DNA of 64,000 nucleotides, taken from Nageia nagi (lineage: Eukaryota; Plantae; Pinophyta). The notes beneath the pieces are model-generated. The model saw only the letters and a program-made list of their open reading frames with translations, was not told the origin of the DNA and searched no databases. The position numbers and the translations under genes are program-made. The DNA lies in assembly GCA_050084985.1 (NCBI GenBank), contig JBITNC010000001.1, positions 105,772,001-105,836,000 on the forward strand, in the 5' to 3' direction. Positions 41,708 through 55,216 of the stretch are shown here, piece after piece (position 1 is the first letter of the stretch; each line of letters starts with the position of its first letter).

Positions 41708-43300
41708 AAATCCTATTAGTTGATTCATGTAGATATCCACATCTAATTCATTATTTAGAAAAACACTTTTAACATCAATTTGAAAAAATTTTCATCCCTA
41801 AGTTGTTGAAAGAGCAAGGATTAACATGATTGTGGGCATCTTTTCCATTGAAGCAAAGGTTTTCTCATAATCAACTCTGTATTTTTTAACAAAACCCTTG
41901 GCTACAAACCTTGCCTTATACTTCTTAATTTCTCTAACTAAATTTTATTTGATCTTGTTAATCTACTTATTACCAATCACATTTCATTCATTAAGATAGG
42001 GAACCACATCCCAAGTTTAATTTTTTATTAGAGCCTCATATTCTACATTAATATCCAACTAGTTTAGTGCAATACAAGAGTCATCAAGATCATCCAATTT
42101 CTCATAAGAACTATATTACTTAGGAATTCAATTTAACTTTACATCCCTCAAGATGAAAACTACTCTAAAAGAAGTAGAGCCTATAGCCTCTATGCTAACT
42201 ATCATAGGCCATAAAGATACACTTTTTGGATCTCTTATCCAACTTCTTTCTTTTCTTAGAAATAATGAAGGCATAGGCATCACAACCAACAACCTTAAGG
42301 TGAGCGATGTTAGGCTTATTTACCATCCATACCTCCTACCTCATATAGGGTTTTGCCTTCAACTACTTTTATAGAGAACCTATTTAGGGTATAGATCATA
42401 GTGTTAATAGCCTCACCCCATAAGAAACTAGGGAGATTTCCTAACATGCACCTAGTCATTTCTTGAATAATTCTAATCTTCCTTTCAATGTTATTTTGTT
42501 GAGGGGGGTGTAAGGAATCATGAACTACCTCTTAATCCCGTATTTGGCATAAAATCCATTAAACCTATTTCTATCATATTCTCCTCCAATGTTAGTTCTC
42601 AACATATTTAGTTTAAATTCAATCTAATTTTCAACAAAGGTTTTGAAATCCCAAAGATTTGAACATTATGTTTTGAGTAGATACCCATAGGTTATTCTAC
42701 TAAGGTCATCATGGGAAGTACTTTTAAGTGACATGGGCCTATATAAATGCATCAATTTGAGGACTTGATATGTCCTTATGTCTTTATCCTCCTTAATGTT
42801 TTTCCTTATAGGTCAACAAAGAGGTGAGATTTTCGGTAATCTTTACACAAAGATTTGAATCTCTATAGTCTATGAGGCATAGTAGAAGGATAAAACTTTA
42901 GAAGGCCTATTATCAACTATTTTCCCATATTCTTATTCATTACCAACTTTCAATCTCATGGTATTTAAGTATTATGTTGTCCCAAATTACTAATGCAACA
43001 TTATTTGAGAGAAGTTTCAAACACATATAATTCAATCACAAGGAAATTTGATTAAAAGATCATAAGCTATACAAAATCCATGAAGTCAAACAAATACCAA
43101 AATTATTATGCCACTAAGTTAGGTTTTACAAGCCACATCAAGTCAACTTGACCATTCCATAAATAATGCCATCTTAACTATAGAAAGTCATAACTCAATA
43201 TACATAAGTTCTTTTTTTTTACAAACATGTTAATTTAGAGCTTTATGATATTCTTCAACAATACTAACTCATAGATAAGAACAATCCACAAATAATGCCA
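41708..43300 (-). mobile_element. Ty1/copia integrase and RT N-terminus (continuation of 31030-32127)
   Basis: Minus strand 'MLRTNIGGEY', 'PYT.QQNNIERKIRIIQEMTRCML...FLWGEAIN' (~42400-42610); 'KKYKARFVAKGFVKK..VDYEKTFASM' and 'QIDVKSVFLNNELDVDIYMNQLIGF' ending at the LTR junction. Confidence 0.88.
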
Positions 43301-43487
43301 ATCTTGATCATGATACTAATCATGATGCAAGTGATGGATGAAGGTAGCACTAATCCATTAACATGGATTTAACTTCCATCAATGCATAAATACACTTCCC
43401 AGCAATGGAAGTAAATTGGCATCTATAATAGATAAACTTCCCAATAATGGAAGTGATATGGCATAAATTTGTATAATAGTTGTAATT

Positions 43488-43910
43488 TTGGAGAAGGGAA
43501 AACCTTTTGAACCACTCCAATAGGTTGCAACTTTGGAGAAGGGTAAATCTTTTCACTCCATCAAAAATTTTCAATCATGGATAAGTGTAAACCTTGTTAA
43601 CCACTCCATCAAAAAATTTCAATCATGGAGAAGGGTGAAACTTTTTAACCACTCCATAAAAAAATTTCAATCATGGAGAAGGATTAACCTTTTTAACCAC
43701 TCCATCAAAAATTTTAATCATGGAGAAGGATGAGCCTTTTTAACCACTCTATCAAAAAAATTTAATCATGAAGAAGGGTGAATCTTTTTAACCACTCCAT
43801 AAAAAATTTTCAATCATGGAGAAGGATGAACTTTTTTAACCACTCCACCAAAAAATTTCAATCATGAAGAAGGGTGAACCTTTTTAACCACTTCATCAAA
43901 ATTTTTGATT
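43488..43910. repeat. 48-bp tandem repeat, ~9 copies
   Basis: Unit ~tggagaagggtgaacctttttaaccactccatcaaaaaatttcaatca; ccactcca at 43601, 43649, 43697; gives the 16-aa periodicity of ORF 43533..43733. Confidence 0.92.
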
Positions 43911-46900
43911 TTCTAGTAAGAATGAAAAATGTAAACACTTTTCAAAAGTAGATAGACATCAATATAAAAAAATAGGCATAAACTTGTTACGACAAAAGGT
44001 ACTTATTCTTTTACACAAAATAACTTCAGACCATATAGTGTTGAATATCATGCATAAGATGCTAAGGTTTTATTTTCATGAGATTATTTTTCAATTAATA
44101 ATGCCACCAAATATTTACAGTTGAAGAAGTACAAATTTTAATCCATTCAAGAGATTAAGGCATATATATAAAAATAAGATTATTACACTATATAATAAAT
44201 GCAATTTATTGACTAAATTAATCAACTACACATGTTGAATTTATTTAACCAAGGTAATAACCAAATCATGTTAATTGTTCACATCTTAACAAATATCTTC
44301 AATCATATATCTCATACATCTAACATTTTGTCATAACCAAGTAATATTGTTGAGGGGTAGAGTTGAGGTTGTTTTCTTGTTTAAAAATTAGGCCTTCACC
44401 TAGATGGCCACGTGAAGCCTAAGTCCTACCAATCCTCAACTAGTTTCCTTGGGTTAGTAATATACTCTCATAGGAGGAGTAATACCTATTTTTCAAGGGT
44501 ATTATGTATGTTGGATTGGCAAAATTATTACCTTGATTAGGTTTTGAGTTATCCTTATTAGATTATCAAGATAGTCCTTGAACGGATGTGCAAACATGTG
44601 GTATTACTACACACATATTTGCCCACCTATATTGAGTTATGTCAAGACTAATAGAGGATTTAGGTTCAATTAAGAAGTACATATTTTACACCATTTGGAT
44701 CATCTAACTGAAGGTTCTAGTCTACCTTATGTTCCCCTCATGGCTTCCTAAACATGTTATGTTCCAGAATATACATGTGGATGAGGTCATTTTAGGGGGT
44801 GCACTTTCAATGTTTGATATTTTTTTAAAAATAAAAGAAAATTACTTAACATAAAGTAAAGTGATTTATTTTAAAATGATACATCATACAAAATTGAAAC
44901 CTAAGAGTTTTCAATAGGTTTTATTACTAACCTCAAGTGGACCTCTTTACAATGAGTGAGTTCATTAATTTTAAGTAGTTAAAAAAGAGTCTCCCCCCTT
45001 TTACTTAAAAAAAAAAACTTTAGTAAAAAAAAGTTCCCCTTCAATATTTAAAAAGTGTAGATGCCTAAAAATGATTTATCATTTATTTAATAATTAAACT
45101 TATTTAAATATTAAAAGCAATATTATATATATCAAGATAAATTTGATGTTACAATTTAATGCCATGTGTTATATTAAATGCAATATCATTTACCATGGTT
45201 CATGTTTTAAAGTATCTTGAATGCAACAAAGATTATATAATTACTATAAGTTGACTTTCACTACTTTCTATTTCCTTCTAGGGTATAAATATGGGAGTTG
45301 AAGGTTGAAATCCCTATTATATCTCTCTAATAGGTGGTTGTCCTATAAATCATACTTTTGGTATCTTTAGATGCCACCTATTAGAGAATTTATTATGCTC
45401 TAAGTTTTTATGACATGATATCTTTTGTACATGACTCAATTTTGTAGGTTTCAAAGCATCCGCATCGTAGAGTTGGCATGCTACATGACCATAAGATCTT
45501 GCAATCCATAGCTACAAAATAGAAGAGATAAAGAAGGTTGGTTTAAATGCTTCATTATCACCATCAATCCCATCTATGATTTGATCCAATCCTCCATGTA
45601 CCATTGTCATACCTTAAGGATTGTATTATTGTAATTAGGTGCACACTTTTCATTTATTTATCTATGTATTAGAATAAGTATCATCTCATGTACTTATTTT
45701 GTATTTATAATTATTATCTACATAATTTTAAGGTTAAATTTTTGGTGAACATCCTTATTTAGAGACTCATGAATCCATTTTAACTCCTTTTTCTTCCTTT
45801 ACCTGATGTTCTTAGAATAGTTACTCACTAAAATGATAAAACTAGGGTTGTTCTACCTATTTCCTTATGCTAATTTTCATCAAAGAACAACCTATAATTT
45901 CTATAGGGAATATTCATTTTGATGAAATTAGGAGTACTAGGGTTAATCTTGATATACCTCCTAAATTTTGTGAACCTCATCCACATGATAGAATAGCAAT
46001 CGATGAAGAAGAATCATAATCAATTAATTCTATTTTTTGTATGAATATTATTGGTCAAATCCTAATATATTTAATATGGACTTTGTTGATGATGATTTTG
46101 AAAGTATAAATCAAGATAGCTCTAAGGGTTCATCTACAAGTGAATCTAAAACTAATGATTTAGATGTTATTCCTATAAATATAATAGCTATAAAAGAATT
46201 GATTACTCATACTTATAGAATGGAATATTTTGTTACAAATAATAGTGAAGCTATTATGAATGTTTTGATAAAACATGAGCTATTAGAGTTGGAGTTTGGT
46301 ACTCCACTATCGTCGAATTCTTTGATTCGATATAAAAATGTAGTCTCATTGATATGAAGAATTTCTTCTATGAAAACAAAGGATGTTGATATCATTTCAA
46401 ATTGTTTGGGTGTTGTTCACACAAAAAAAGAACTTGTGAATGTTCTAGAAACAGGTTCGATTGATGACATTCCTATACATAATGAAGAAGATGAGAAACC
46501 TTAGGTAGATATTCCAAAAGAACTAGAAACAAGTGTGTTACATAACTACATCTTTCATGATGATGGTAAGGGTATTCTAATTGAACTTAAAAAGCTAAAA
46601 TGATGCATGATCAAATTAATGCTTTAATTAATAGAGCTTATGAAAAGAAACCTAATTGGACTAGAGAAGAACATGATATTATATTTGATGTTCTAATTGA
46701 GGCATAAGAATCGGATACCTTTCAAAAAGCCATTGATGATCAACAATTAGACTTCATGTCTGAATTGTTAGATAACATAGAGGAACAAATAACTAATAGA
46801 ATTGGTCCCTTCTTGAATTTAAAAGAAATCAAATTAAGAAAAGAATCTCAAATACCTATTCCACAACCTATACCTTCCCCTTCTCCATAATAAAGCACAA

Positions 46901-48461
46901 TTGAGATAACCCTAACAAAGTATTGATGTCAACTAAATACAAGTGTGGAACTAAATGAAAATAAATTGAAACTTGCTCAAAATTAAATGGAAGTAAAATC
47001 ATCTAGGTATAGGATGACTATAGAGTTATTTGGACAACCTACAAAATCATTCAAGTAGGGGATGATTTGTAGTCAAAATCAATGAGATGAAGGACAATTT
47101 GATTTGGAGTTAGATTGAGTCTATAATATTTTCATATCTTATTCTATTCATTCCTAGTAGATCTTCTTGCAAGTTTCATACAATATTAACTACATAAACT
47201 CTCTAAATAATGGGAAACATCAAACTTTACAATTCACAAAAATAATGGCAAGAATCTTGAAAACTCTTCTTAGCTTTCCAAATCTAGGGGAAGTAGGATC
47301 CCATCATGATCACCATTTGTAAATACCTAATTTCTTTCAAGTAAACACTCAACACACCTTGTGAGTAATTCAAGGACAAATATGTATTTTCATACTAATT
47401 TTCCTATGTTGTGATAAGCCAATTTGACAAGATATGAGGTGAGAGATATTACTTTTTTCTTGATGTGTTCAAATGATGTCTAAACAATAAAATGAAGACA
47501 AGAGTTATTGGGAAGCCTCAAATCACAAGGTCTATGGCCTTGTGATTAATCAAGAGGGGTGAACCCCAACTTAATAAAAATATAGGTCCCTTAATCTTCA
47601 ATCAACAAGATGATATAAATAAATGATATGCCTATAATACAAATGATAAGATCTATAGACTATGACAATATGTAAACAAGCTTTGAAAATATTTAAGATG
47701 AAGATTCAAGATATGTAATAAACAAGCCTATATGCACCTATGAACAAAGTATGCCAAAAATATATGGATAAGTTGATAAATCAAAAGTGGATCTAGGAAA
47801 TTTTATACTCACAAATGATAAATGAAATCCAAACCCTAACATTAGACCTTAAAGGATCTTTAGCCTACAATCCCTATATGAAAATCAAATAAGAAAAGGT
47901 ACAATATTAATGAAGGATACAAGTTTGTAGTTATGAATTAAAATAAGATTAAAACTTGCAACAAATCATGAAATCAATCATCAATATCATAAAGATTTCA
48001 AAGCCACAAAGATACCTTAATCTATCATGGATGGAGAAGAGATCCTAATGTTTCAAAGGTGTATGTTCAAAATTTGATGTTCTAACCCTTTAAATGATAT
48101 CACAAGGCTCATATTCACACTCAAAATGTCCAAAATGCTTAGAGTGCTTATGAAAAATGATGTTTCAATCCTTGAAAAGTGAGCCCATTTCACTTATTTA
48201 TAAATAGAATAGTCAAAATCATTCCAATGATAATGACCTACATGATCATCTAAATGATTAGCAAATTATCTATATGACTATAAAATAATGTTAAAAATTA
48301 TCTAAAGTGTTGAAATATTATCAATTGAATCATGCACGTTAGTTCTACATGATATGATACAATAATACAAGTACCATAATATCAATAAAACATCATCAAT
48401 AAGATAAAATACAATTTTAGGGTGTTCATAGAAAGTATCTAATGCAATATCATTTATTATA

Positions 48462-48762
48462 TTTTATAACAAGAGTTACAACTCTTTCCAAATCCCTCCA
48501 TAACCAATAATAAAATAAGTTACTTTTGAACTAGTTAAATAATGCTTAATTTAATATATACTTTACAAGGTTATTATATGCACCCGATGCCCATGGTGGA
48601 AGGACTAGAAGTGGTATGGAGATACATCTTTATAATTACAAGGAAGTAATGAGATATGAGTATCTTTTTCATCTCTTGCCAATGTTTAATAACTTTACTT
48701 TCCATTAGATTCCTTCCTCTCTTAGATATATTTGAGCTCATTGCTTCCATATAACCTACTCT
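48462..48762 (-). mobile_element. 5'-truncated 3'-end fragment of the LINE family at 11.0 kb
   Basis: Homologous to ~11000-11290 (ctttacaaggttat.atatgca.c..atgcccatg.tggaaggactaga.gtggtat; atatttgagctcat). Confidence 0.75.
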
Positions 48763-50539
48763 ACTTTCTCTAAACCCTATAAAACATTTTTTAAATTCAA
48801 GCCTAATCTAACAAGGACTCGTATTTGGTAAATTTATTACCCTTATCAAAGTTTCCAACCTCCTATGCCCTTTTCTTAACACACTTGAAGATCTTTCAAT
48901 ATATCATTTAGTAGTGCAATAAGGAATAAGATGTGTAGAAGTGGATTTTTACTTTATTTTAATTTTTATTACACACATATTTACATAGAAATAAGATGTT
49001 CATGGTGATCCCCATATCCCACTTTTTATGGAAATATGGTATATCTTTAGAGTTATTAACATAATATTTTCCTAATTATAATTTTAGCAACATGATTAAT
49101 GTTATGTTATCTATTTTTTTTATAGATATTTATCAATGCTAAAATAATTTCTATATAATTAGCCACCTCTAGGAGCTAATATAACATTGGAGGAGTGTTC
49201 CCTGCAGAGTAAAAAAAAATCTTACCTAAGCCTCCCTCTAAAGTTTATGCGATAATAGTGGTTGCAAAACAACTCAAAAAATAGAGCACCAAAGTTACAA
49301 AGTGTTATAATTATAGATAAGAGTGCTAAAGTTGTAGAGTGATAGAGTTACAAATAAGACCCCCAAAGTTGTAGAGTACCAAAGTTATAAAGAAAAGTAC
49401 CATTTTTATAAATGGAAGACTAAATGAGCTCAAAATGAGGAAAACAAAATATGGTTGGAAAGAACTTTATAATAAGTATCCAAAAATATAAAAATATTAA
49501 ATATTGAAATTTAGTTTTAGGACCACTAGAGTATTGAACAAAAACATGAAAGTTTGGGTAGTATTGCCAAACATTATGCACAAAATGATTTAAACATATT
49601 TTTCAAAGGTGACAATGAATGGTCAAACATAAATGAAACAAGGCACGTGATATTCAGATAAAAACATCTTTCTAATATCCTTCCAATGGTGTATTATATT
49701 TTGTAAATAGAATAACACAATAATTTATTAAGCTCCAAATTAGGTTGCTTATAATTTTATAAAATCTAGACTATAGAATACTAGAAAATAGAGTAAGCTG
49801 AAAAAATGGATTTTCACCTTCCATTTGTTACTTCATAGTTTGAAAACTTGTTCAATACAACTAAATTGTTGTTCAACTTTATAAAACTAATCAAATTAAA
49901 GAATCTAAGTTGTTACAAACAAACTAACAGTCCAAAAGTTGTTACAAACTAATTTATTCCTACTATTACATATCATTTTATTCTATAGTTATAAAAGGAG
50001 TTTCAATTTATTTTTATTGATCACAAATGCCACATGGTCAACACCATATTCCAACACCCTCACCATAAGGTCATTCACAATCTTGCCAACGATGTTTCTT
50101 GAGTTTTTCTAATAATCGTTGAGCCCCTCTCCTTGATGAAGTTAGTTGAGGATCTTAGAAGACACATGGGCTTGCTTAGATAAGCTAGCTACTCTTACTT
50201 TAATCATCTCCTCGATTAAAAACATATCCATAATCATTGAGCTCAATCTTGACTCTTCTTATGATCAAGAGAAAGTAAGGAACTTCATCATTTACATGAG
50301 GTTAGAGCTCATGTCCAATATTGTAAAAGTAAGTGATACCTAAAAGTACCTAATCAAATACGAATCATGATATGAAAAAACATGAAACTTATGAACTCAT
50401 GATTTTTTTTTAAATGTTACTTATTCATTAATATTATTAATAATTAAAAATATTTTTAACCTCTATTTTGTTGAAATACATACATACATACTTTTTATTG
50501 TAAAATTTTATTACTGTTTATATTATATTAATATAATAT

Positions 50540-50730
50540 GACATAGAAATTTGAAAGAACCTAGATCCATATCTTTATATTTATAAAGAGATGAAGTCTC
50601 TATTTACATATGGTTTAGTATTATTAAAGATGTCATAGCATTTTTATAGAGTTATGAGATCATCTAAATGAAGACTTGCTTTCTTTATAAACATATAAAT
50701 ACGGATCTAGCATCTCTGAAAGTTTGTTAT
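50540..50730. mobile_element. Small foldback/MITE-like element
   Basis: Inverted arms ctagatccatatctttatatttataaagagatgaagtct (50561-) and agacttgctttctttataaacatataaatacggatctag (-50710); a single related arm at ~25477-25512. Confidence 0.7.
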
Positions 50731-51325
50731 GGATGTGTGAATATGTTTAATCTTTTACCATTGACCCCTTAATTTGGTGGCAAACCAATATTTGGCGCAT
50801 CCTTAGCCAGTTTTGTTTGACTGGACTTCCCCCTCGCACCTTCAAACAGTTACAAACAACGAACCAACAGGCTGCACCATCTGCTGAATAGACCAAAGGA
50901 ATAGCATTTTATATTGTAATTTATAACTATAAATTAGTTATATAGCGTATGTGAAAGATTTGTCTAATAAATCATGTTAAAATGCAAAGGTAAGTTTTGG
51001 TCGAAACGCATAAAGGTAAGTTATATAGCGTATGTGAAAGATTTGTCTAATAACATTTATGTTATTTTAAATAATATATTCTTTGTTAGGAGAGGAACCT
51101 AATGGTATTATTAATTTTGATTTTGAATTTTTTTTTTTAATTTAAAAGAATGATTTCGAAGATTGATACTTTAAGATATTTTTAAATATATAATTTCATA
51201 AAATATCTAAATTAATTTATCAAATATTTGTAAAATTAATTAATTAGATAATTATAAGCCAACGAAGAAGTTCATTGGATCTGTACAACTATTTTAAATA
51301 TATTATGTTTTTATCTATTACATAC

Positions 51326-51830
51326 ATTCTTAGCATGTGTTGATTTTTTGTCTCCCAATTTAAATTAGTTGTTGCTATTTTGGGTGTTAGATTCGCCGAG
51401 TTGTGATAGGGTAAATTTAGAGTGTTTTAGTTTGCTTCAATGATTGATTGTAACAAGTTGTGATCATGCAACTTGAGTTTATATTTAGCATAATCTATTT
51501 TTTGATCTGTCCAAAACTATATATGTAATGATTTCATTTTTCAAATCAATGAAAGTATAATACTTTTTAGTCAAAGTTAAACTATTTTTATGTTATATGC
51601 ATCGTATGGCATGAAAAATAATCATTCAACATCAATATAACATGTAAAAAATTGTCCGTATAAAACAATTGTACGATATTATAACTCAAAAAACTCATTC
51701 ATCATCTAGCTAATAAACAACTGACAAGCATAAACTCAATCTCAAAGTTATCCATTTACAAAAGCAATTATCCAATAGTGATATTCCAACCTGAACATAC
51801 AAAATATGTGCTCATGAAATATAATGGTTA
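51326..51830 (+). repeat. Left arm of a ~510-bp inverted repeat
   Basis: Reverse complement of 54690-55216 (e.g. gatagggtaaatttagagtgttttagttt / aaactaaaacactctaaatttaccctatc). Confidence 0.9.
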
Positions 51831-52830
51831 ATGTTATGTATAGAATGGATTTGCGATGAAGCATTGAGAGTGTTAAAATAAATACCTCAAAGAGATAGAA
51901 TCTTTTGCAACGCAATGATCACAGGATATGCACATAATCCGTACGGTTTAGAGATCCCTACTGATGTTTTTAGAAAATGCAATTAAATAGTTAAAATTAG
52001 ATAATTAAATAGATAGATGTTAATGTTCTTTTAAACATTTTGATTTATAAGATCTATCAGGTAAATATACATTAAATAGAAAAACATTGAACAAATAGAA
52101 AATGAAATTCTATGATTGATATGGTTTTTTTCCATGCATGTGATTGTGGTTGTAACTTTCATGAACATGTATGAAAAATGCAGCAACATCATGAAATTCC
52201 AATTAGAATTGAGTTCTAAGGAAAATGCTCACGTCTTTGTAAAAGTAAGCACTAAAATGGAGTATCAAATGGAATCAACTCTCAGGAAAAATGGAATTGA
52301 GTAATCTATTTACAAAAGCAAATCACCAATGGTGAAAGCTCTATCGTGAGGTTGGAATATGATCAAACCTTGTGAATTTTTGATAAAATAACAAATAGGT
52401 TCATGTTGTCGTAGAAAACAATTTTTATAGATTATACCTTAATTGTCTTGTAAGTTGTGTTTGACTTAATTTGATTGACCTTGTTAATTTTTATTTATGT
52501 TGTCTGATCTGTTGTATTAGTAAAATATTTTAAATGTTTTTAAGACATCGCGGATGGATTCGACTAAATCGTGACAACGTACACAATAATTAGATTTACC
52601 ATGCACAAATGGGCTTTGAAACTTTTAAAGTAAATAACTAAGAAGAGATACGATCTCCTGGAATGCAATGATCAAAGGATATGCACGGAACGGGCAATGT
52701 TTAGAGGCCCTCTTTTTAAGTGTTTTCAAAAATGCAATTGAATGGTTTCAGACCAGATTCTATTAACCGCCACAAGTATTCCGGCTGATTGTACAACTTT
52801 TAAAGCTTTAATTAGATACAGGTTTCTTTT
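51805..52830 (+). pseudogene. PLS-class PPR pseudogene fragments (two related pieces)
   Basis: 'PQRDRIFCNAMITGYAHN' (~51885-51938), 'VIVVVTFMNMYEKCSNI' (ORF 52116..52304), 'RDTISWNAMIKGYARNGQCLEA' (~52643-52708), 'FSKMQLNGFRPDSI' (~52723-52764); stops and frameshifts. Confidence 0.8.
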
Positions 52831-53252
52831 AAATGTAATTGTGATAACAACCATGATGGTCAGGTAGGAAAAATATAGGAACCTTAAAATAAAGTATCAA
52901 ACGAATTTGAGGTTTAAGAAAAATGTTAACATGTCTCTGTAAAAGGTAACGACCCTTTTCAAATTCCCTCTGTTTAATTTAAAAAAAAAAAAGCAGCACA
53001 GCGAGAATGGTTAAAATTGCAGATTGAAGTAGAAACCAAATTTGGTGTTAAAGAGTACAGAAGCCTCGTAACACCTACGCTGCACTGCTGCTTTCACAAA
53101 AGGCGAAAGAAGGAAAATGGAAGCTTTTCTCCTACTCACTATCAGAGCCAGGTTTAGATCCTGCGCCACTCTGATGTATGTACGATTCTTAGGGAAAATT
53201 TTATTACTACAAAAAATGGAGCAGAGACGATACAAACTTCCATAAGGGAAAA

Positions 53253-53277
53253 TGCGGTGAGCGTGGATCGAACACGC

Positions 53278-53320
<43 letters not shown>

Positions 53321-53325
53321 CCCGC
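53253..53325 (-). tRNA. trnF-GAA: tRNA-Phe (GAA), cytosolic plant type
   Basis: Minus strand GCGGGGATAGCTCAGTTGGGAGAGCGTCAGACTGAAGATCTGAAGGTCGCGTGTTCGATCCACGCTCACCGCA, 73 nt, intact cloverleaf and A/B boxes, followed immediately by a TTTT Pol III terminator. Confidence 0.98.
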
Positions 53326-54689
53326 ATGATTATTTTAGTGTCATCTTAGATTAATCTTAGTTTAATTTGACCTCTGCCATGCGTTTTGCCCCAACAAATG
53401 TGTGTACGGCAGGTAGAATAATATCCTGACAAATAAACTTTAAAATACATGTTTAGATTTTAGATTTTGTTATAATGAATTGGCTTCTTATATTTACATA
53501 ACGATATTACGGGATTCGCCTACGTAAGTTTCGCTCCTTGATGTAGTCCATTAAGCAATTTCTTATATTCCCTAGGAGAAAAGTTCATATTATCAACTTT
53601 TTTAATATAATACAAGCAAAATTTTGGTTTTTGTATAATATACTTTGTATTTTGGTTTATTATTAGTATTATATATTTGATATAAATTAAGGGTTTTAGC
53701 CACGGATTTTCAATAAATATTATTTTTGATTCTTTTGAAAAGGATTTAATTAAATCATAGATCATTTAGTAGACAAATCTTTTATCAAGAATTATATATT
53801 ATAAAATTTTATGATCTTATATTGCATGCTTTTTTACTACATATTAAAAACTACTTTAAAAAATATTTAATTTTTTTTTAAAATGAGGTTCAAACATGAT
53901 TCAAGCTCTCTTAGGGGTTGTAGGTTTATGCAAGCTATCTAATTAGTTTTCAGGTACAATCCATCCCTGCAAGTTAATGCTCATTAATGTAACAAGAAAA
54001 ATGCCCATGCATCACAAGATATCCTACTAAACACTTCACATACTCAAATCAAATATGAATCTTTTAACAACAAATTCATTACTTGCTTGTAAACGAATCA
54101 CATGTACTACAAAGACTAATATAAATGCATAATTTGATGATAAAAAAATATTAAGTATCAACAATCATAGTAATTAATTCATATAAATAAATTCAAATGA
54201 TGAACCTTGAAATGATATGCAAAGAAGATGCATATATTATCCTTTCCTTATGATGATTATCATATTATTAAAATGGGTGCTAAATGTGATAATATATACA
54301 TCATCACTAACGAATTCAAATACCATCACAATCCAAGAATAATATGAAGAGTTAGTACTCAAATAAGTATATAAATAATAAACTATTGAAAATTTGTGCG
54401 AACTATTTAGCCATTAGTAATAATATGTCCAAAGAAACTACAAAACTTATAATGAGAATGCAATCCCTTAACAATGAAATATTTAGCTATGTAATCTAAT
54501 GTCAAACTTACTACAAGAGCAGTCCAATGATTATATACCAACATTATAATTACTCTATAATATTCTAAAATATGTTTTGGACAAACCTAGAAATAAACAT
54601 GACAAACCCATTCTAAAAGATTGTATCTCTTGGAGGTATTTACTTTAAAAGTCTTAATGCTTCATGAAAACCCACTCTTGTATAGATAG

Positions 54690-55216
54690 TAATCATTATA
54701 TCTCATGAGTTGTATATTTTGTATGTTTAGGTTGGAATATCACCATTAGATAATTGCTTTTGTAAATGGATAACTTGTGAGATTAAGAGTTTATGCTTAT
54801 GAGTTGTTTGTTAGGTAGATGACGAATGCATTTTTTGAGTTGTAACATCATACAATTGTTTTACATGTATGACTATTTTACATGTTATATTGATATTTTA
54901 TGACTATTTTACATTTCATACGATGCACACAACACAAAAATCATTTAACTTTTACTGGGAAGTATTCTACTTTCATTGATTTGAAAAGCGAAATCATTAC
55001 ATGTATAAGTTTTGGACAAACACAAAAATAGATTGTGCCAAATATAAAATAAATTGCATGATCACAACTTGTTACGATCAATCCATAAAATAAACTAAAA
55101 CACTCTAAATTTACCCTATCATGCTAAACGACAATTGGGCAAAACTAGCACCCAAAATAACAATAAATAATCTAAAGTGAGAGATGAAAAATTATAGTTC
55201 TGCATATGCTAAGAAT
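54690..55216 (-). repeat. Right arm of the ~510-bp inverted repeat
   Basis: Reverse complement of 51326-51830. Confidence 0.9.

Noticed and set aside
44340-48450. Probable further LTR fragments and an acidic Ogre-like upstream ORF (46037..46357)
   Set aside because: No paired LTRs or diagnostic domain could be confirmed.
50937-51053. 35-bp exact direct repeat (agttatatagcgtatgtgaaagatttgtctaataa)
   Set aside because: Simple local duplication with no sign of function.
53011-53310. 99-aa ORF on the minus strand
   Set aside because: Starts inside the tRNA-Phe gene; spurious.
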